Assembly (NCBI GenBank): GCA_965644295.1 | Contig: CBFFRP010000358.1 | Location: 124,001 to 188,000, forward strand | DNA: 64,000 nucleotides | Source of the DNA: Paraphysomonas bandaiensis | Taxonomy: Eukaryota > Protista > Chrysophyceae | Direction of reading: 5' to 3' | Shown: positions 49,528 to 64,000 of the stretch, in pieces | How the letters are laid out: the number at the start of each line of letters is the position of its first letter | Position numbering within the stretch: position 1 is the stretch's first letter | Notes under the pieces: model-generated | Seen by the model: the letters and a program-made list of their open reading frames with translations, nothing else | What the model was told of the DNA's origin: nothing | Database searches by the model: none | Made by a program: the position numbers and the translations under genes

Positions 49528-52500
49528 TTAGAACTGAAGCGATGCTGCTGAGCGCACAGAATAAAGCTACAAACAACAGATATTACAAATTGTAGATACA
49601 TAAATAGATAGCCCAATCAATCACTCAATATATATTACTTACATCCTTAGTGAGCTTGGCGTTTTCACTTTGCAACGACTTCGCCGCTGCTGAAGTATCC
49701 CGATAAGCAGACACTAACACCGCTGCGTCAGCACACCTACAAATTGATAGTTGTCAAGAATATATTCACAGCATGGGTATAGCAAGCGGAAAGTTCACAC
49801 ATGAGTCCTAATAAGTGTAAAAATACCCAGTTAGGTGGTGTTGTCACTTCTCCACAAAAATATACTGTTCAAGATACTATCAAGTATTCTTCTAGTATAC
49901 CTTAAAATTTCAAAAGCAGAGTTTCGCAGCTCGTTGCTTGGGCTATACACAAGTCTACACGCAGAAAGTCAAAAATAGTCCACTTAACCGTCTAAAAATA
50001 ATAGGACCAATTCCCATAGCATTCGATATAGGGTACAAGTATAAGTGGTTACCTTAAAGCTATATTGCTGCACAAAAATAAATGCCCAGTAGTTTCAAGC
50101 GCTGCACTGTCTTCATATATGGAATGGTCTACCGTATCTGCTTTGTCTAAAGCACTGGACATTTTGTCCGCGTCCTTCTCAGGACTGCCCGCTTTAGGAT
50201 GCATTACAACCAATAATTCCTCAAGAACACAACACCAGCGCTGTAACGCCAAGAGCGAAGGCGATCGGTCACTTTCAGACCATCGTAACTCACATAAATC
50301 GGATAGCGACGGCAGCATGTCGATAGAAGTTCGTACAGAAAGCATAGAGTTTAAAAACTCCGCGCATCTACAGTAAAACACACACTTACATATAAGTATA
50401 TCTACATTGGCGAATTTATACTTGATAGTACTTACATATTGTGCAGCTCAGACGAGCTCACGAAGATAGAGCCCTGGTTTTCACACACTGAGCTGGATCT
50501 AGTCATACTCGTGAATACTGACTCCATTGGCACTGCACACAACTCAGAAAGATCCTCAGTGATAATAAGCGAGCCAATCAAAGCCCTACAAACCAATTAA
50601 TTGTCATACTCCAATAGCAACAAATGGTTTAAAACCTCTTCTGAATTTCTAATAGCGAATTATCGTTATCAGGTGGAGCGATAACAGAAAATAAATGTTT
50701 TTTGCATGATTTTAGCATCCGCAAATGAAACCACAACGGGTGGTGGCTTTCGATGCAGTCTTTATCGTTCTGAGCAATCGCAGAACAAGAAGACAGGGCT
50801 GCGGTAATCATGCGACAAGATGACACTAAAACATCTACAAAGCTCCGCAGTGAATGAACGTGTGATCTACTGAATACAAGACATGACCTGAATTTCAATA
50901 GGATCGGCAACATTATATTACCTGCTAACTGATACAATGTGATGGGACACCGCATCCAGGACTCGTGACGTGCAGTTTGCTGATACTTCTATCATACTCC
51001 GAAACTGCCCTTCGTCAGCTTGCCGATGCTCCTGACGCCACTGAGGGTGATGAGTGTGGTCTTTGACGCAGAGCACATCATATGGCCCAGAAATATCACT
51101 GCTGGCTACACAATTCAGTAATTCTTCATAAGTCAACCAGGGAGACAATAAGCAGGCCAGAACTGATAGTAACTGATTTAGGGTACTACTAAATTGCACA
51201 GCGCGTGGGCTTGAATTCATCGTTCGTAATGCAGGTAATCCCACCTCAAAAACGACGGCAAGAACGTCATATGTAGTTGAAGTCAGTGGGAAAACACTCC
51301 ACATATCACAAGATGGATTTTCGGGGACAGCCCCAGAGGGTGATTTCACAAGAATTCTAGTTAGTTTTAAGCATTCTATATTCTGTTGTGAATGCTGACA
51401 GGGTGTAGGTTTTCCAGATGAGCTATTGTTGGTCTGTTCTTCTTCATCTTCACTATCGCTATCAATAGTTAAAAGCTTTGCCAAAGAAGTAAAGATTCCA
51501 GATTTCTTGCTAGAATAGCTCTCAGCGGTTGCTACTTTCCTGTGACTTCTTTCGGAATTGATGGTCCCAGTGGGTGGGTTATCAAAGCACCTCTGAATAC
51601 GGGTACAGAGCAGCGGAGAACACAAGTCGTCAACAAATCTTCGAGATACGACATCAACAGCACTTGCTAGCCACTCAGCAGATGTTGAGGGTACTGAAAA
51701 TGTCTTTCCTGAATGCTCACCCGACGATACGTTTTCTCCACCAGCACTGGGGCTCAGAATACTAATCAAATACTTGCATACTTCAGTGCGCAACGTGACA
51801 TCAACAGGAGCAAATATCACACGCCGCGAGTCATCTCCCACTTGTGATGTGGTGATATCCTGGGCTTTCGGTGAACTTAACTGGGCGTAATGACACCCGG
51901 AGAATGCCAAGTCCGTCATGCACGACACAAGGCAAGAAAATGTCATAACGTCAGTGGGACGGACAGCCTGTAGTAATGACATTATTCCCCTGTGCAGCTG
52001 AGACTCGGCTACTTTGCCCAAACGCTTCGAGGTTGGGCGAGATTCATCAGTGCTACTCTCTGCCACAAACTCAAGTACACAACTTGAACTGGCAGAGTCA
52101 GGATTTGTAACTGAAACCGACACCCGTGGACGCGACAGCACAGCCAGCATCTCTAACAAACCTTTTATATTTTGACTATACCGAAATTCAGCTTCAGTGC
52201 CACCAGTGTATAGTTCCTGTAAATGTTTACATAAGTGAAGTGGAAGGTCGCATCCAACGGATGTAAAGCACACAGACAATCGTATGGTTGACCACGCCAT
52301 AGACCATAGCATCTGGCGAGCAACTTCTTGATGGCCGTCACTAGCCACATCATGATCTCCATCCGAAGTTATTGACTTAGTATTCGAAGGAGTTTCGTTA
52401 ACCAAAGCACCACCAACCACACGCATACCCTGTGCAGCTCTAGTTTTCGTTCTATGAAAAGAAATTAAAATGCAAGTAAAGCAAGTTCATCGCTTCAGAA

Positions 52501-55500
52501 AGTACCATAGTACAGGGCGTCGAACACTATAATGAACAATACAACAAATATACACGAAACCTACACAAAACATACTTGTATGACTTCGACGAAACTATTT
52601 TAATCATGTCAAATAGACTGTCAACACCAGCTAGAGCAACTTCTAAATCCAATTCTGCAGCCTGAGTTGCTCGCACACATATCTGACAACATGAAATTAC
52701 TCAAACAGACACAACTGGAACATAGTTGACCGGCATCCATACAGTCACAGATACAAAATAGAAACATTCGTAGAATACCACGCGCACAGACAGTAAATAC
52801 AGCTCAAAGGATAACCTGTAACGCCTGTGTCCATGTGTCTTGAAACCACTCCTCAGTCAGCAAATGCTTCACGCATATACGCATCACACGTGATAACCCC
52901 CGCAAAGCCAGCACTCGTGTTTCAGACCACTAACAACAGTGAGATATAAGTGAAAAGTACAAACGAATATAATTTCGGAGTCAAATGGCATAGCATGCAA
53001 TCAATGCAGCGAGCAGCATGCTGTTGTCCAAGGTTCTAAGCAACCATGCGCCTACCTGTTTGTGGGCATTGTCACGGGAATGATGCAAAGTCATCTTCAC
53101 GCCCCTCTTGATCTCAGGAGCCTTAGCTTCTTCGTTGCTCCTACTCATTACAGTTAGAGCATGCATACTATACAAGTCGAATACATGAATTCAGTATAGA
53201 GTTACGCGTAAATGCTACAACCAACAAAAAATCATACCGCATTGCAACGCCAGATCTTGTCTCAACTCTTAAAAACAATGGGAAAACGACGTCGTCAAAA
53301 GCTTGCATCCACTGGTGATTGGATAACATTGGCGCGTTGGTAACAACAGCAGAGAAAAGGGTATTCGTTGCACAATTGCGAATCTAAAATAAGCGTTGAT
53401 ATTTTGGAAAGCATTAAGTACACAAGAATGAGTAGACTATATATAAATGCAACATCACATAGAAAACATCATTTCATTGTGTGCACACCGCATATATACA
53501 CTATACTATGGCATCCATATACAATGCGATATCTGAAGAAATACATCGAATATGCTGTATGTAAATTCATAACGCAACTGTAAATACAGAACTAATACAT
53601 GTTGTACCTCTGGCCGTTGGTCCATGGAAAGCAAGAGCAAATGCCTAAGCATGACTTCCAAAACAGCACTAGTTGTTTTCTCGTCTCCTTTCTCTCTGGA
53701 TGTGGTCATTATAAAATCTGTTACCTTCCAAAGCATCTCTACAGAAGTTAACGATATATTCACGTCACACTGCTGTGCACTAAACATCGACAGACATGTG
53801 ATGACATCCTTTATTACATCCTTCTGCTCGCTAATCACATCCAAGAAATCATCTACAATGAGCTTGATACACGAAAATGATGTCTGTAATGCAGCATCGG
53901 GCCAGGCCTTTATAGTGCTGGCATCATCACTATAGGATTCCGGTCTAGTTTCTCCATTTCCTGAAGTGGTATCCTGCTCAATGGGTGCCATTGAAGATGG
54001 TACAGCTGTTAAAAGCTCGATAATGATGCCCCATCCCCCAGACACAGCCTGACCGCCACCTTGAAGGAGCTCTAAAAGTCCCTGCATGACATCCACTCTC
54101 ACATCGGCGAATTTTGAATGTGAAGCCAGCCCCTTCAGTGCCGATAAAAGATCTGTTTGTGTAAGTTGGGGTGGGCCTTCTTTAACATGTACAGTGCTGC
54201 CACGCGACTGAATTGAATTTCGATCGAGCAAAAGTTCCCTGAATGTGAAGCATACGCATTAACACACAGGATAATGTGCCAGTACAAGCATACATTGCAC
54301 CAGAACTATGAACACACACACATTATCTAAGATGATACACTTGCCTTTGATATTGTCGACCAGCAAACACAGTCTCGAAAGATGGCATGATGTAATCGTA
54401 GAGAACATCATCCGATAAATGAACCTGATTAGACCACCCGCTTTTCTTTTCTCCAATGTGCGCATTCAACCCAGCTTCAGTATCATCTTCTACGAACGAC
54501 ACCGCCGCTGGAATTTCGAATGTGGAATTTCGCATGTAGTTTAGTGTGGTGTTGATGACGTCATGCGTAGCAGCGACTGATACATGGCGGGTTTGTGCCA
54601 CCTACAATCACACAGCAGCATGGCATCATTCATCACGAAGCATTGAAATGCATTAATAGCCATTTTATAGCACAGTAAACATGAAACGGGTACCATACCT
54701 TATGAGCAGACATCATACGCAAGTGCGACGTGACCATTTGCCACACACATGACATTCGAAATGCATTCAATTTTGCCACCTCTACCGCTGCATGTAAGGA
54801 GTAGCTCAACGCCCCGCTCGAGAGAGCTTCAAGCATATAAATTGGACCCGATATTGTACCAACAACGGACGAGTGATTGATACGAGAAGGGTCACTACTC
54901 GTATAATTCGAGCTGGGCGTTGTATCTCGGCCGACCGTGGCAGCATCTCTGGGAGTGGGTGTTGGGGAGGGATTACCAGAGGTAACACGTTTCGGGGCAG
55001 GGGAAGTAGGGACTGCAGACGACTGTCCCATGGAGGTTGCAGTGACTGCTAGGCCGTTCAGAGACAATGCTACTAGAGATGTCATTAAACGTATCAAGGC
55101 TTCGTCAGAAATGAAGACCGTGAAGCCCTTAAAGCGCTCAATACATTGAAATATGCGGTCAATATCCAGTGGCGTCAGCTCTTCGTGAATCGTAGGAGCA
55201 GTGGATGCAGGTGTGCCCCCGGATGTTGTATTCTGCACTGATCCAGTATGGTGAGGGCCACACATCAGGAGCAACTCAATTAATTGTTCAAAACTGTCCA
55301 TAATGGTTTCCCAGTCCGTTATGACGTCACCTAGAACGTGAACAACTTGGGTCAATCGAACCAAAGATTGTACATGCCTCCACCGAAATGATAAACCTTC
55401 AACTGGTAAATTCAAGGGCGGATTTAAGCCAGGCACAGGACACTTTTCCTGCTCCTGTAGCAGATGAAGTAGTTCTTGTCCATGCCATTGCGGTACGGTG

Positions 55501-58500
55501 AGTCGACAAAGAGTGGATATCAGGGTATCACAAGTACGTTGTAGTCCCAGCAAACCAGCGGTTAGGGCAAGCTGCATAATATATTAAATGAATGTAAATA
55601 AACAGTAGAAGTCATTTCAATATCGAAACAAGAAATACCTCAGAGAGTATGCCCAACGACCTTCTGATCACACCAGTATCGCTAACTTTCGACAACATCC
55701 CCAAGCAGGCTTCTTGTACCTTTTCGAATGTTCTTTCACATACTGTGGCCGATGAGGTTCGCAGGACTTCAGCTAAGTCCACAGGATGTATTGCTCGCTC
55801 TGAATCTGACGAGCTAACTGGCGTCACAGACTGAGGCGAGTCGCTATATAGATAGGATGCAGCGATATGAACTGGTAGCAAGAGGCCATCCGAAGAAGAT
55901 GGAAAGAACCGTCCACGAACATTTTGACACGACAGGGTTTTCCGGGAAGAAGAATCAATAGGAGATGTGGTTGGATCTGATTCAGTCATCTGGTGTGACG
56001 CTTCAGATATTGCACCAGGCGTTGAAGTAGCTAAGGCTCCACGCACCAGCAATCTTGAGGCAATCTATATTCGTATGTCATGAGTAATGTATTGCGTTGA
56101 CTTCTTAAAAAATTGATAAAGCATTGCCACTGACACGAAATTTATACATTTCTCACTCACAACACATATATACTGAATACCATGTACACAACTGAAGATA
56201 CTACAATATGCAGTAGAGACATGCGCATACTATACCTGTAGTACCAAGAAAGCCAGCATCATCACATCCACTGACCCTATCGAGGATGGTCCATTGAAGA
56301 GCAAGTCGTGTATAGCTCTGACTACGTAAGGTCGGTCCATTTCAGATGATCCTGTAAGAACCCCCTCCATCATTGTTACAAGTTGAGATCCTCGAGAGAA
56401 GGCCTCTAAATCCCTACGAAAGAAATCAGACAGATGCATACATAAGGGTTATGACGGTGCAGTGAGAACTCAAAAATAGGGAAATAAAATATTATCAAGG
56501 CTACCCAAGGGGCTGAGCGCAGTTATACACACATAATATTCTACACCAGATAGCACGTCATCTCTTTACAATAATAACGACAACCGATGTCCATATATCC
56601 AATAATCGAACTACACATTGACATCGCCAAAACACTATAAGCACCGCCATGCTATATATGAAAAGTTCATTCATATCATCAAACAAGCAGGACATGAATT
56701 ACACCAATAGAGCAACAGAATAATAAAAACAGACGTCACATCATTCGATGAATGATTCGAAGTTCAAACCGACTTACTTGACGTTGCTTTCCACGGCTAA
56801 TGCCTCTGCCAACATAGAAGCGGCTGTTAATATCACGGAAGTCAAAATTGTTGGAAGAGCATCTTTCCCATTCTCTCCTCTTCCAATGATGCAGCAAATA
56901 TCGTCATTCAAAAGCATTGCCAACACTGCTTCGAGACATGCCCCCGCAGGGTGTGAAGGTATATATATCGTACCACTTGCTGATGCAGATTGAGGACTGC
57001 TTTGAGGTTGTAACATGGGCCCCAAAATAGCCAATGGCAGCAACACAGAGCCCTTACAAGGTCCAACGCTGGTTCCTGTGCTCGCACTGGACGCTGGTTT
57101 GCTGATCGCTAGTCGAGACATCAACCCAGTCGCTGTTTGGTCATCATACCTTTGAGAGGCTCCGGTCGTCATATTGGAGGGGCTCACGACTGTGCCATCG
57201 GCATGCAGCATTCCGGCAGACACAGGCAGCTGCCGAACCATAGCATCCACGCCTCTCTCTGGCTGCAGGGTATGAACTAAGCATGTGGTAATCGTCTCAA
57301 TTTCAAGCATAAGTTCAGGGCACTGCTGAAAATCTAACAGAATGCATCTCGCTAAACGAACAACTTTAGATGTCATCATAGCCGGAGATACGGCTGAGCT
57401 CCCACCAGTAGATTTCGCACGAACACCACTAACATAATCTTCCTGCAATGTCCTCAACAATGGTACAATGGCAGTACAAATGGGCTGCTTAAGTAAACAG
57501 TTAAAAGGAGTATTGTTTATAAACAGATGGGGCCAGCCACTCAGCACGGCATACATTAGGTCAAGGGCAGAGCTCAGAGGAACAGATACACCTGTGTTAC
57601 AAATGAACACAGTCGAAAACGGCTGAGAAAATTCACAACAAAATCATGTCACATCGTAATATGTATAGTGCATTTAGAGGTGTTCGCACCTTTTATCCAC
57701 TCTCCCATCTTCCCTCTCAGAAACAGAGCAAGATCAGTGACCAGCAGTTCCGCACAACTGGGAAGACTATCTTGAGATGTGCGAGTCGAGGCTGGTGATG
57801 TCGTACGGGATGCATGAGACCCAACTTGTTTCATCTGGTCTACACTAACTGACTCACTGGTGGCATCCATTATCAAGGCTACCAACTGGCGAACTGTGGC
57901 AAATGCAGTTGATGAGACAGAAACACTTGTCATGTCGTTGCCGCATAATTGCAAGGCCAGAGTAATCATTCCACAGACATTCTCCACAGTAAGGTACTGG
58001 GAAGCAAATATGTCAACCGAAAGAGAGTTCGCCAATTGCAAGACAATTTGCAAAACTTTTAACTGGATTTCTGTGTTACCAGACTTCGCCTGTAGTTTAC
58101 GACATTATATATGTATGTATATATCATGTGCGTTGTTGATAGAGATTGCATTAGCAACCGTTGCCAATAACACCAAGAGGCAAAACTAATTACTAGGTGA
58201 AATCAATAAACAGCAAATACACTATAACTTATTTACAACACACATGAGATACTTCAATAAGTCGTAATTGTGCTATATATACAGGGCATCAGGGCTAACG
58301 TTGAGATACCTGTACACCCAATACACGGAGAATATTTTTGGCTTCAGAAGGAGGAACAACTTCGTAATTTAGGAGCATTTGCAAGCCATTCAAAGATAAT
58401 TTCACCTTTCAAAATAACCGTCCATAAGAAAAGAAACGCACGTATTCAGATTGCCCTATACATAATACAACATGCGTGCATACCAATTTTGCGTTTGCAT

Positions 58501-58831
58501 CTGGCTTGTCGCAAGCTAAAATATAGGCAGCCGAGACCTCAGACGAGCGAAATTTTGCTATTTTGGGTGTACTTCCATTTCCGCGCATCACTTCTGACAC
58601 GTATGATTCTGTGGGCCACAAGAACATTAATAAAGAATCACGAAGATATAACGTGAGCACCTCGCATTGTGCGGAGAGTCATCAGCCCCCTCTCTGCGGC
58701 TTCTCTCACCTCAGGATTTTTCCTATAACACACAGAAGGATTACAAACATGCAGGTGGATGTCGTTCCTCACCTCTTAGCTTCCACGCCGAGGTTGCGCA
58801 CATCGTCTTCGATTCGACGCAAGAAATCCAT
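49528..58831 (-). CDS. MON2: MON2/Ysl2 Arf-GEF-like endosomal scaffold, many exons
   Basis: MDFLRRIEDDVRNLGVEAKR, QLKVLQIVLQL, STAFATVRQLV, GWGIIIELL, FSCIKLIVDDFL, DVNISLTSVEMLW, DQRPE/IRNCATNTLF and WSETRVLALRGL. Confidence 0.88.
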
Positions 58832-59345
58832 TCAAAATACTGAACGGGATCTAAGTATGCTGATAGGATATCCAGCACGTCCAATGCGTAACTAGACAAC
58901 AAAATCAATTAGCAGCAGTGTGCTAGATACCCACCGACCGTATCTGTCAAGTTGCCTAATCTTTAGTAGGTAACCATCACATATACATGTATGTATCATA
59001 CATGCTGCTCTGAGAATGGCAACATCACCAAGATGCCCTACAGAATACATGCTATACAGCAGTAGTTTGCTACTGTATTCGATATTGGTATACATATGCA
59101 ACAACACTTGTGATATATAAATACAGTGGTATACTCTGCTGTATAGCACTGGTGTACTGATGGATGGTACTATCATACACAGCGCAGCACACCTATACGA
59201 GTATAGGGTACAGCAGACAGCAGTATAGGAGAGAACTCTCGTAATACAGTCGCAGTATTCCTTGCTTGTTGTGTGCCTGCTCTCAAGTCGACTCTCTTCT
59301 CTGGTTCATCAGTCTTGGCTGGGTGAATTGTGACTACCTGCCAAT
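58832..59345. promoter_or_regulatory. Putative bidirectional promoter (MON2/GPN1), ATAC/GTAT-rich
   Basis: 514-bp head-to-head spacer. Hand count gives 23 ATAC/GTAT 4-mers versus ~5-6 expected at ~40% GC. Confidence 0.6.
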
Positions 59346-60981
59346 ATGTCGGAGTTTGAATCAGCATCTGGTGAATCATCGCCTATGAGGTCGTCGCCTG
59401 TGGTGGTTATTGTGATAGGGATGGCGGGGTCAGGGTGCGTTCCATGAGCCTCACTGTCGATCGTCTTATATTCTCGTGCAGGAAGTCAACTCTCATGCAC
59501 CGCATTAATCTGTCAATGAACGACAGCAACAAGAGGGGTTATTACGTTAATCTTGATCCTGCTGTGAAGAGCGTCCCTTTTGCGGCGAACATCGACATCA
59601 GAGACACGGTCAACTACAAGGAAGTTATGGAGCAGTATAATTTGGGGCCTAACGGGGCCATTCTGACATCATTAAACCTATTCGCCACTCGGTTTGATCA
59701 AGTTATAGGTGTGTTAACGTATTTTATTAGTGTGATTCATCCGTACAGTGTACAGCACATATGGCTTTACATGTATTATAATAACACTTATTGATCACAG
59801 AGATATTAGAGAAAAGGGCTGAGGAGACAGATTTCGTGTTTGTAGATACTCCAGGGCAAATTGAGGTAATGTTGACAGAGTAGGGCAATGTAGCATATAT
59901 ACCATTGTCGTCTACGATAATTTGGGTTAATGGGAATATTAGGCATTCACATGGTCAGCCGGCGGTCAGATTATTTTGGAGCTGTTGGCGTCGACGTTCC
60001 CTACATGTCTTCTTTATGTGTCCGACTCCGCCAGATGCACAAGCCCGACTACTTTCATGTCGAACATGCTGTACTGTTGCTCGGTGCTCTATAAATCGAA
60101 CTTGCCAGTTATCACTGTATTCAACAAAATAGATGCCGTCTCTTGTGCATACGCGCTGGAGTGGATGACAGATTTTGAGTCATATTTAGATGCATCAGAA
60201 AACACATCCACTAGAGATGGAGAGTATATGAGCTCTCTCAATCGGTCATTGGCTCTCGTCATGGATGAATTTTATAGGTATCTTTCGTCCAGTCGTGGTG
60301 ACTGCACAATAATCAGGAGGCTTAGTACTGATGGTGTTTTTACAGCAACATAAGTGCTATTGGTGTTTCGGCTGCAACGGGTGAGGGGATTCCAGATCTC
60401 TTTCTCAAGGTGTGCACATAGTTTTTGTAATATGTGACCATGAAGCGGCGTTTTGTCATTATGAGGGTGCATTAATGTTGTGTCTGTATGGCGAATAGTG
60501 GTGAATATGTTTAATTGTGATTCACTAGGTTGAAGCTGCCGCTATAGAGTTCCGTGAAAGTTATTTGCCTGAACTCCAGAGGTACATAATTCACTTATTC
60601 ACTGTATGGTTGTGTACATATGTATCTATAATTTTTTCAGTTGTGGTGTGTATTATTTATTACAATCATTTTATATTCATTATGCACACATTGTGATCAT
60701 ACGCTAAGGCAATCTAATCAGATGCAGTATGACGTGTATGATGTGACTGTATAATGCCGCCATCGATACTATTTGACGTCACAGTATTGTGTTGTATAGG
60801 AGAATACGGTTGAGGGAGCAATCGGAGGTAGTTAGACAGCAAAGAGACCTGGAGGCTTTGCGAGGGGTCGGTACATACGTATGTACTTTTGTCTGGTGTG
60901 TGATTGTATGTTTAGGACATGGCTGAAGAGCGTGGAGATAAAGTTATTGCTGATGGCTCCAAGAAGGCTGGACACGTATAA
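59346..60981 (+). CDS. GPN1: GPN-loop GTPase 1 (XAB1/Npa3), multi-exon
   Basis: [75 protein letters not shown] and FNKID. Confidence 0.95.
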
Positions 60982-62569
60982 AGACTTGCGTGTGTTAGAA
61001 CGTTCGTACAACTGCGAAGTGAAGATTGACCATGAAGAATTCGTGGTGTTATAGAGCACTGTCTTGCGCGGGCACCGAACTGTAGTGATAATATATAAAC
61101 AGAAATATATTTTATCAGTCATTATCTGGCAGTGTTATGTAAGTACTTTGTGGTCCGTATGCAAAGATTGTCAGTACTATTCACTGTAAAATTAGATTGA
61201 TTCTTATATGTGAAGACAATGCTTCGGTCAGGAATGCAAAGCGCGTAACGATATACTTTATAATACCCAGCTATCGGGTTTGTTTATTCTCGTACATATG
61301 AACCAGATGAGACAGGACAAGATGCCTTGAAATCAAATTGCAAAACTACATAGTGTAGTACACCAGAAATAGTTTACAATTTTTGTACGGCACGCACATC
61401 TTCGCGTTTAGGGTCAGATAAAACAATTTTATATATTTCTTCATATTGTTATTGTGCGAAGTTTTTAATTACTTTATGGCCTTCATCAGGATTCCACATG
61501 CATGTTTCACTTAGAAGTAAAAAACTCTGAAATGACACAACATTCAATTAATCACAATAGTGGAAATCAATTCTTATCATTCATTGCAACTTGCTGTATA
61601 TGTTCAATTATACTTGTAGTAGCGCAATACTGACTGAATTATGTGAACTTTAATAGCAAAGTAATGACGACAATATGAGCAAAGTCAGCAGATACTTCAT
61701 TCTATATACAGCGGCTTTTATGCTATCAAAAATAAGAACTAAAAGAAACGTGCTGGAGTTGCATAATATTATTTACTAATCCCCATTTTGTCTAAGAGTG
61801 ATATTATAGTAAAATGCGATGTTGTAGCACTGTGAGACACAACACCAATATTCTATTCTACAAATCGTATCTTTAACCGCTACTACGTTTTCAGCTTTTT
61901 TGTATACTTTTCATAGGTACTTCTATATTGTAGTCCTGTATATTATGTAATTCCTTGCAACGTAGAATACAGATGGCTACTAGTCATAGGCTTCAAAAGT
62001 CTTCAAGCTTCAAGTACGCACATTGGAGTTGGTTGTAATTCAATATATAGTAAATCGGAAAGTTATATGATACAACGTATATTGATGGTCGTACTTAAAT
62101 CATGTATTTAAGAGCACAAGTGGTTGGAAACAAAGTAGTTATGAGTAGGGCAATGGCTGCTGGCAGCTACACTTATATTGCTCATCATGATGATCAATAG
62201 GTTGACAGTGGTAGTATGAGACAGAGCAGATAATGTGGCTGCTGGTAGGCATAAACGTGCTTCTGTTACATCTTTTTGTTTAATACACTACAGACAGAGT
62301 AGCTTTTTCAACTTTTTCACTTAAATACTGTATTTTTCCCAAAATATCGTAAAATTCCTACGTTTGCATAATGTTAACTTATTCTATATTGATTGGCTCA
62401 ATAATTTACAATATTAGACAGTCACGATCTTATGTAGTCAGTGCTTCTGTCTATCTTGAGTTTTTATAATTAACCTAATTAGCCATTCAGGTGGCGCCAC
62501 ACTATTTATTATGAACGATAGTATCATTTACGCTACGATTAATAGTCATTATAATTTCGGGAAAACATT

Positions 62570-62623
62570 TTATTAATGGCATTATGATTGCGGGGAATTC
62601 GGCACCGATTATGGGCCGTTAAT
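62570..62623. repeat. Dispersed repeat fragment homologous (inverted) to 26570-26625, likely a DNA-transposon end
   Basis: rc taacggcccataatcggtgccgaattccccgcaatcataatg versus taatggcccattaatgtgtgccaaattccccgcaattataatg. Confidence 0.6.
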
Positions 62624-63241
62624 AGATAAACAATTCTTCTCAATGAAATAACAGAGACAAAAAAGTAAACTCTAGTATCTTTCGAAAGCTGTCACCAATA
62701 ATTAAAAATTAATACTGACCTCGCGGCACAGAATTCCTGTGACTTTTGATTAGATATGATATATCAGGGCCAGGGAACAACATATTGAATTGCAATGAAT
62801 TGCAATAGTATTGTTGGGTCGATTTAAAAACTCCATCAATAGTCGTATAGGAGAGACGCTACGTAGTAATAGTATTGCACTATATTGTGCCCTTGGATAT
62901 ATATATCGTTTATCGTCGTGAATTCAATTGCATCATTTCTACACTATTTTTCCCCGTTTGAATTAGTTTCATGCACGGCACCTACTTCAATATATGTATC
63001 TATTCAGTGAACTCAAATGCTACATGTGCAGTTTGCCCATTAGGGATATGAGAGCTCAAATTCGAAACAATCACCTCGATTATTATTTTTTAGATCAATG
63101 AAAACATATTCAAACCGGCATTGAGTAACAGTACCACAAAATGAATGGCTTGTAACTACAACCACTTGGACAGTCAGCCGTAGCTCTTAATGGTGCAAAT
63201 TCATTCCATGACAGTGTAGGCGCTAAGGTATCAGCCCTTGT

Positions 63242-64000
63242 CTAGAGAGACTTCAAGCGAGCAAGCTCCTTCTCGTAGTTGATTTTGTAGTCCTCTCCAA
63301 GGTCAACATTCGCACCGCGGTCGGTATAGTCCTTAAGAGTTAAGAGTGATGAGAGCAATATATGTGATAAGTTATTCAGGTCCACAAATTTAGTATTCTA
63401 TTCTCATCATTGGGCCATCATACTGCAGAGGCACAACAAACGTACCTTCATTTGGTCAAAGTTCATGTATCTGAATGTATCTTTCGCCGTGGCCTCAATT
63501 TTACTGGCATATTTCATGTACTCTTCCACAGACGGCAGCTTGCCTTCGATGGAGGCCACCGCAGCCAGTTCCGCGGAAGCTAGGAAAACATTAGCTCCCT
63601 TGCCCAACCTGTTAGGGAAGTTGCGGGTCGACGTCGACACGACGCTAGACTTATCCTTGACTCTTGCCTGGTTGCCCATACACAGGGAGCATCCAGGCAT
63701 TTCCGTGCGGGCACCAACCTTCCCGTAGATGGAGTAGTAGCCCTCGTCAATAAGCTGCGTCTCATCCATCCTGGTGGGGGGAGCAATCCAAAGACGAGTA
63801 GGAAGCTGACCTTCGTACTTGTCCAACAATTTTCCGGCAGCTCTGAAATGTCCTGATAAAATGCAACAGAAGTGTTAATGCGCACTACACCCAATACTGT
63901 ATATACGCATCCACTTTCTACAGGAACTTGTAGCATAATCAATAAACGCACGTACCGATGTTTGTCATACAAGAACCAATGAAGACCTCGTCAATAGGAG
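63242..64000 (-). CDS. acnB: Bacterial-type aconitate hydratase 2 (AcnB), 3' part with spliceosomal introns (5' end outside window)
   Basis: IDEVFIGSCMTNI/GHFRAAG, LWIAPPTRMD, RTEMPGCSLCMGNQARV, STSTRNFPNRLGKGANVFLASAELAAV and RYMNFDQ. Confidence 0.93.

Noticed and set aside
62765-62893. Possible MITE with CAGGGC...GCCCTTG ends
   Set aside because: The inverted match is too short and imperfect, with no clear TSD or second copy in the window.

Overview
Intron-rich eukaryotic genomic DNA with mostly short GT-AG introns (many ~45-100 nt). A bacterial-type AcnB carrying introns and CryptonS-like elements suggest a stramenopile (inference). About 17 host genes are supported: a BRWD/ARF-ancillary-domain protein (3' end), an ERF4/Golgin-A7 protein, CLN3/battenin, an orphan gene, a PhyH-like dioxygenase with a UIM, an APC polyamine/amino-acid permease, an EF-hand protein, a GPI-anchored three-finger (LU)-like protein, a class-3 lipase, ATG8, an Sds3-like protein, an S10 carboxypeptidase, a two-domain membrane guanylyl cyclase, Nup35, MON2, GPN1 and AcnB (3' end). 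The strongest pattern is architectural. Fourteen genes form seven head-to-head pairs, six with ~460-610 bp spacers and one with a 1.28 kb spacer that is ~490 bp without its repeat. The spacers are enriched in ATAC/GTAT, and two contain long (TACA)n arrays. All transposon debris (Copia, Crypton, hAT, LTR remnants) lies outside these spacers, downstream of gene 3' ends. Other notable items are a Copia with an internal fold-back palindrome, a triple-nested insertion, a covarying structured ~50-nt repeat and a non-metazoan three-finger-like protein. All calls are from manual reading; no searches were run.
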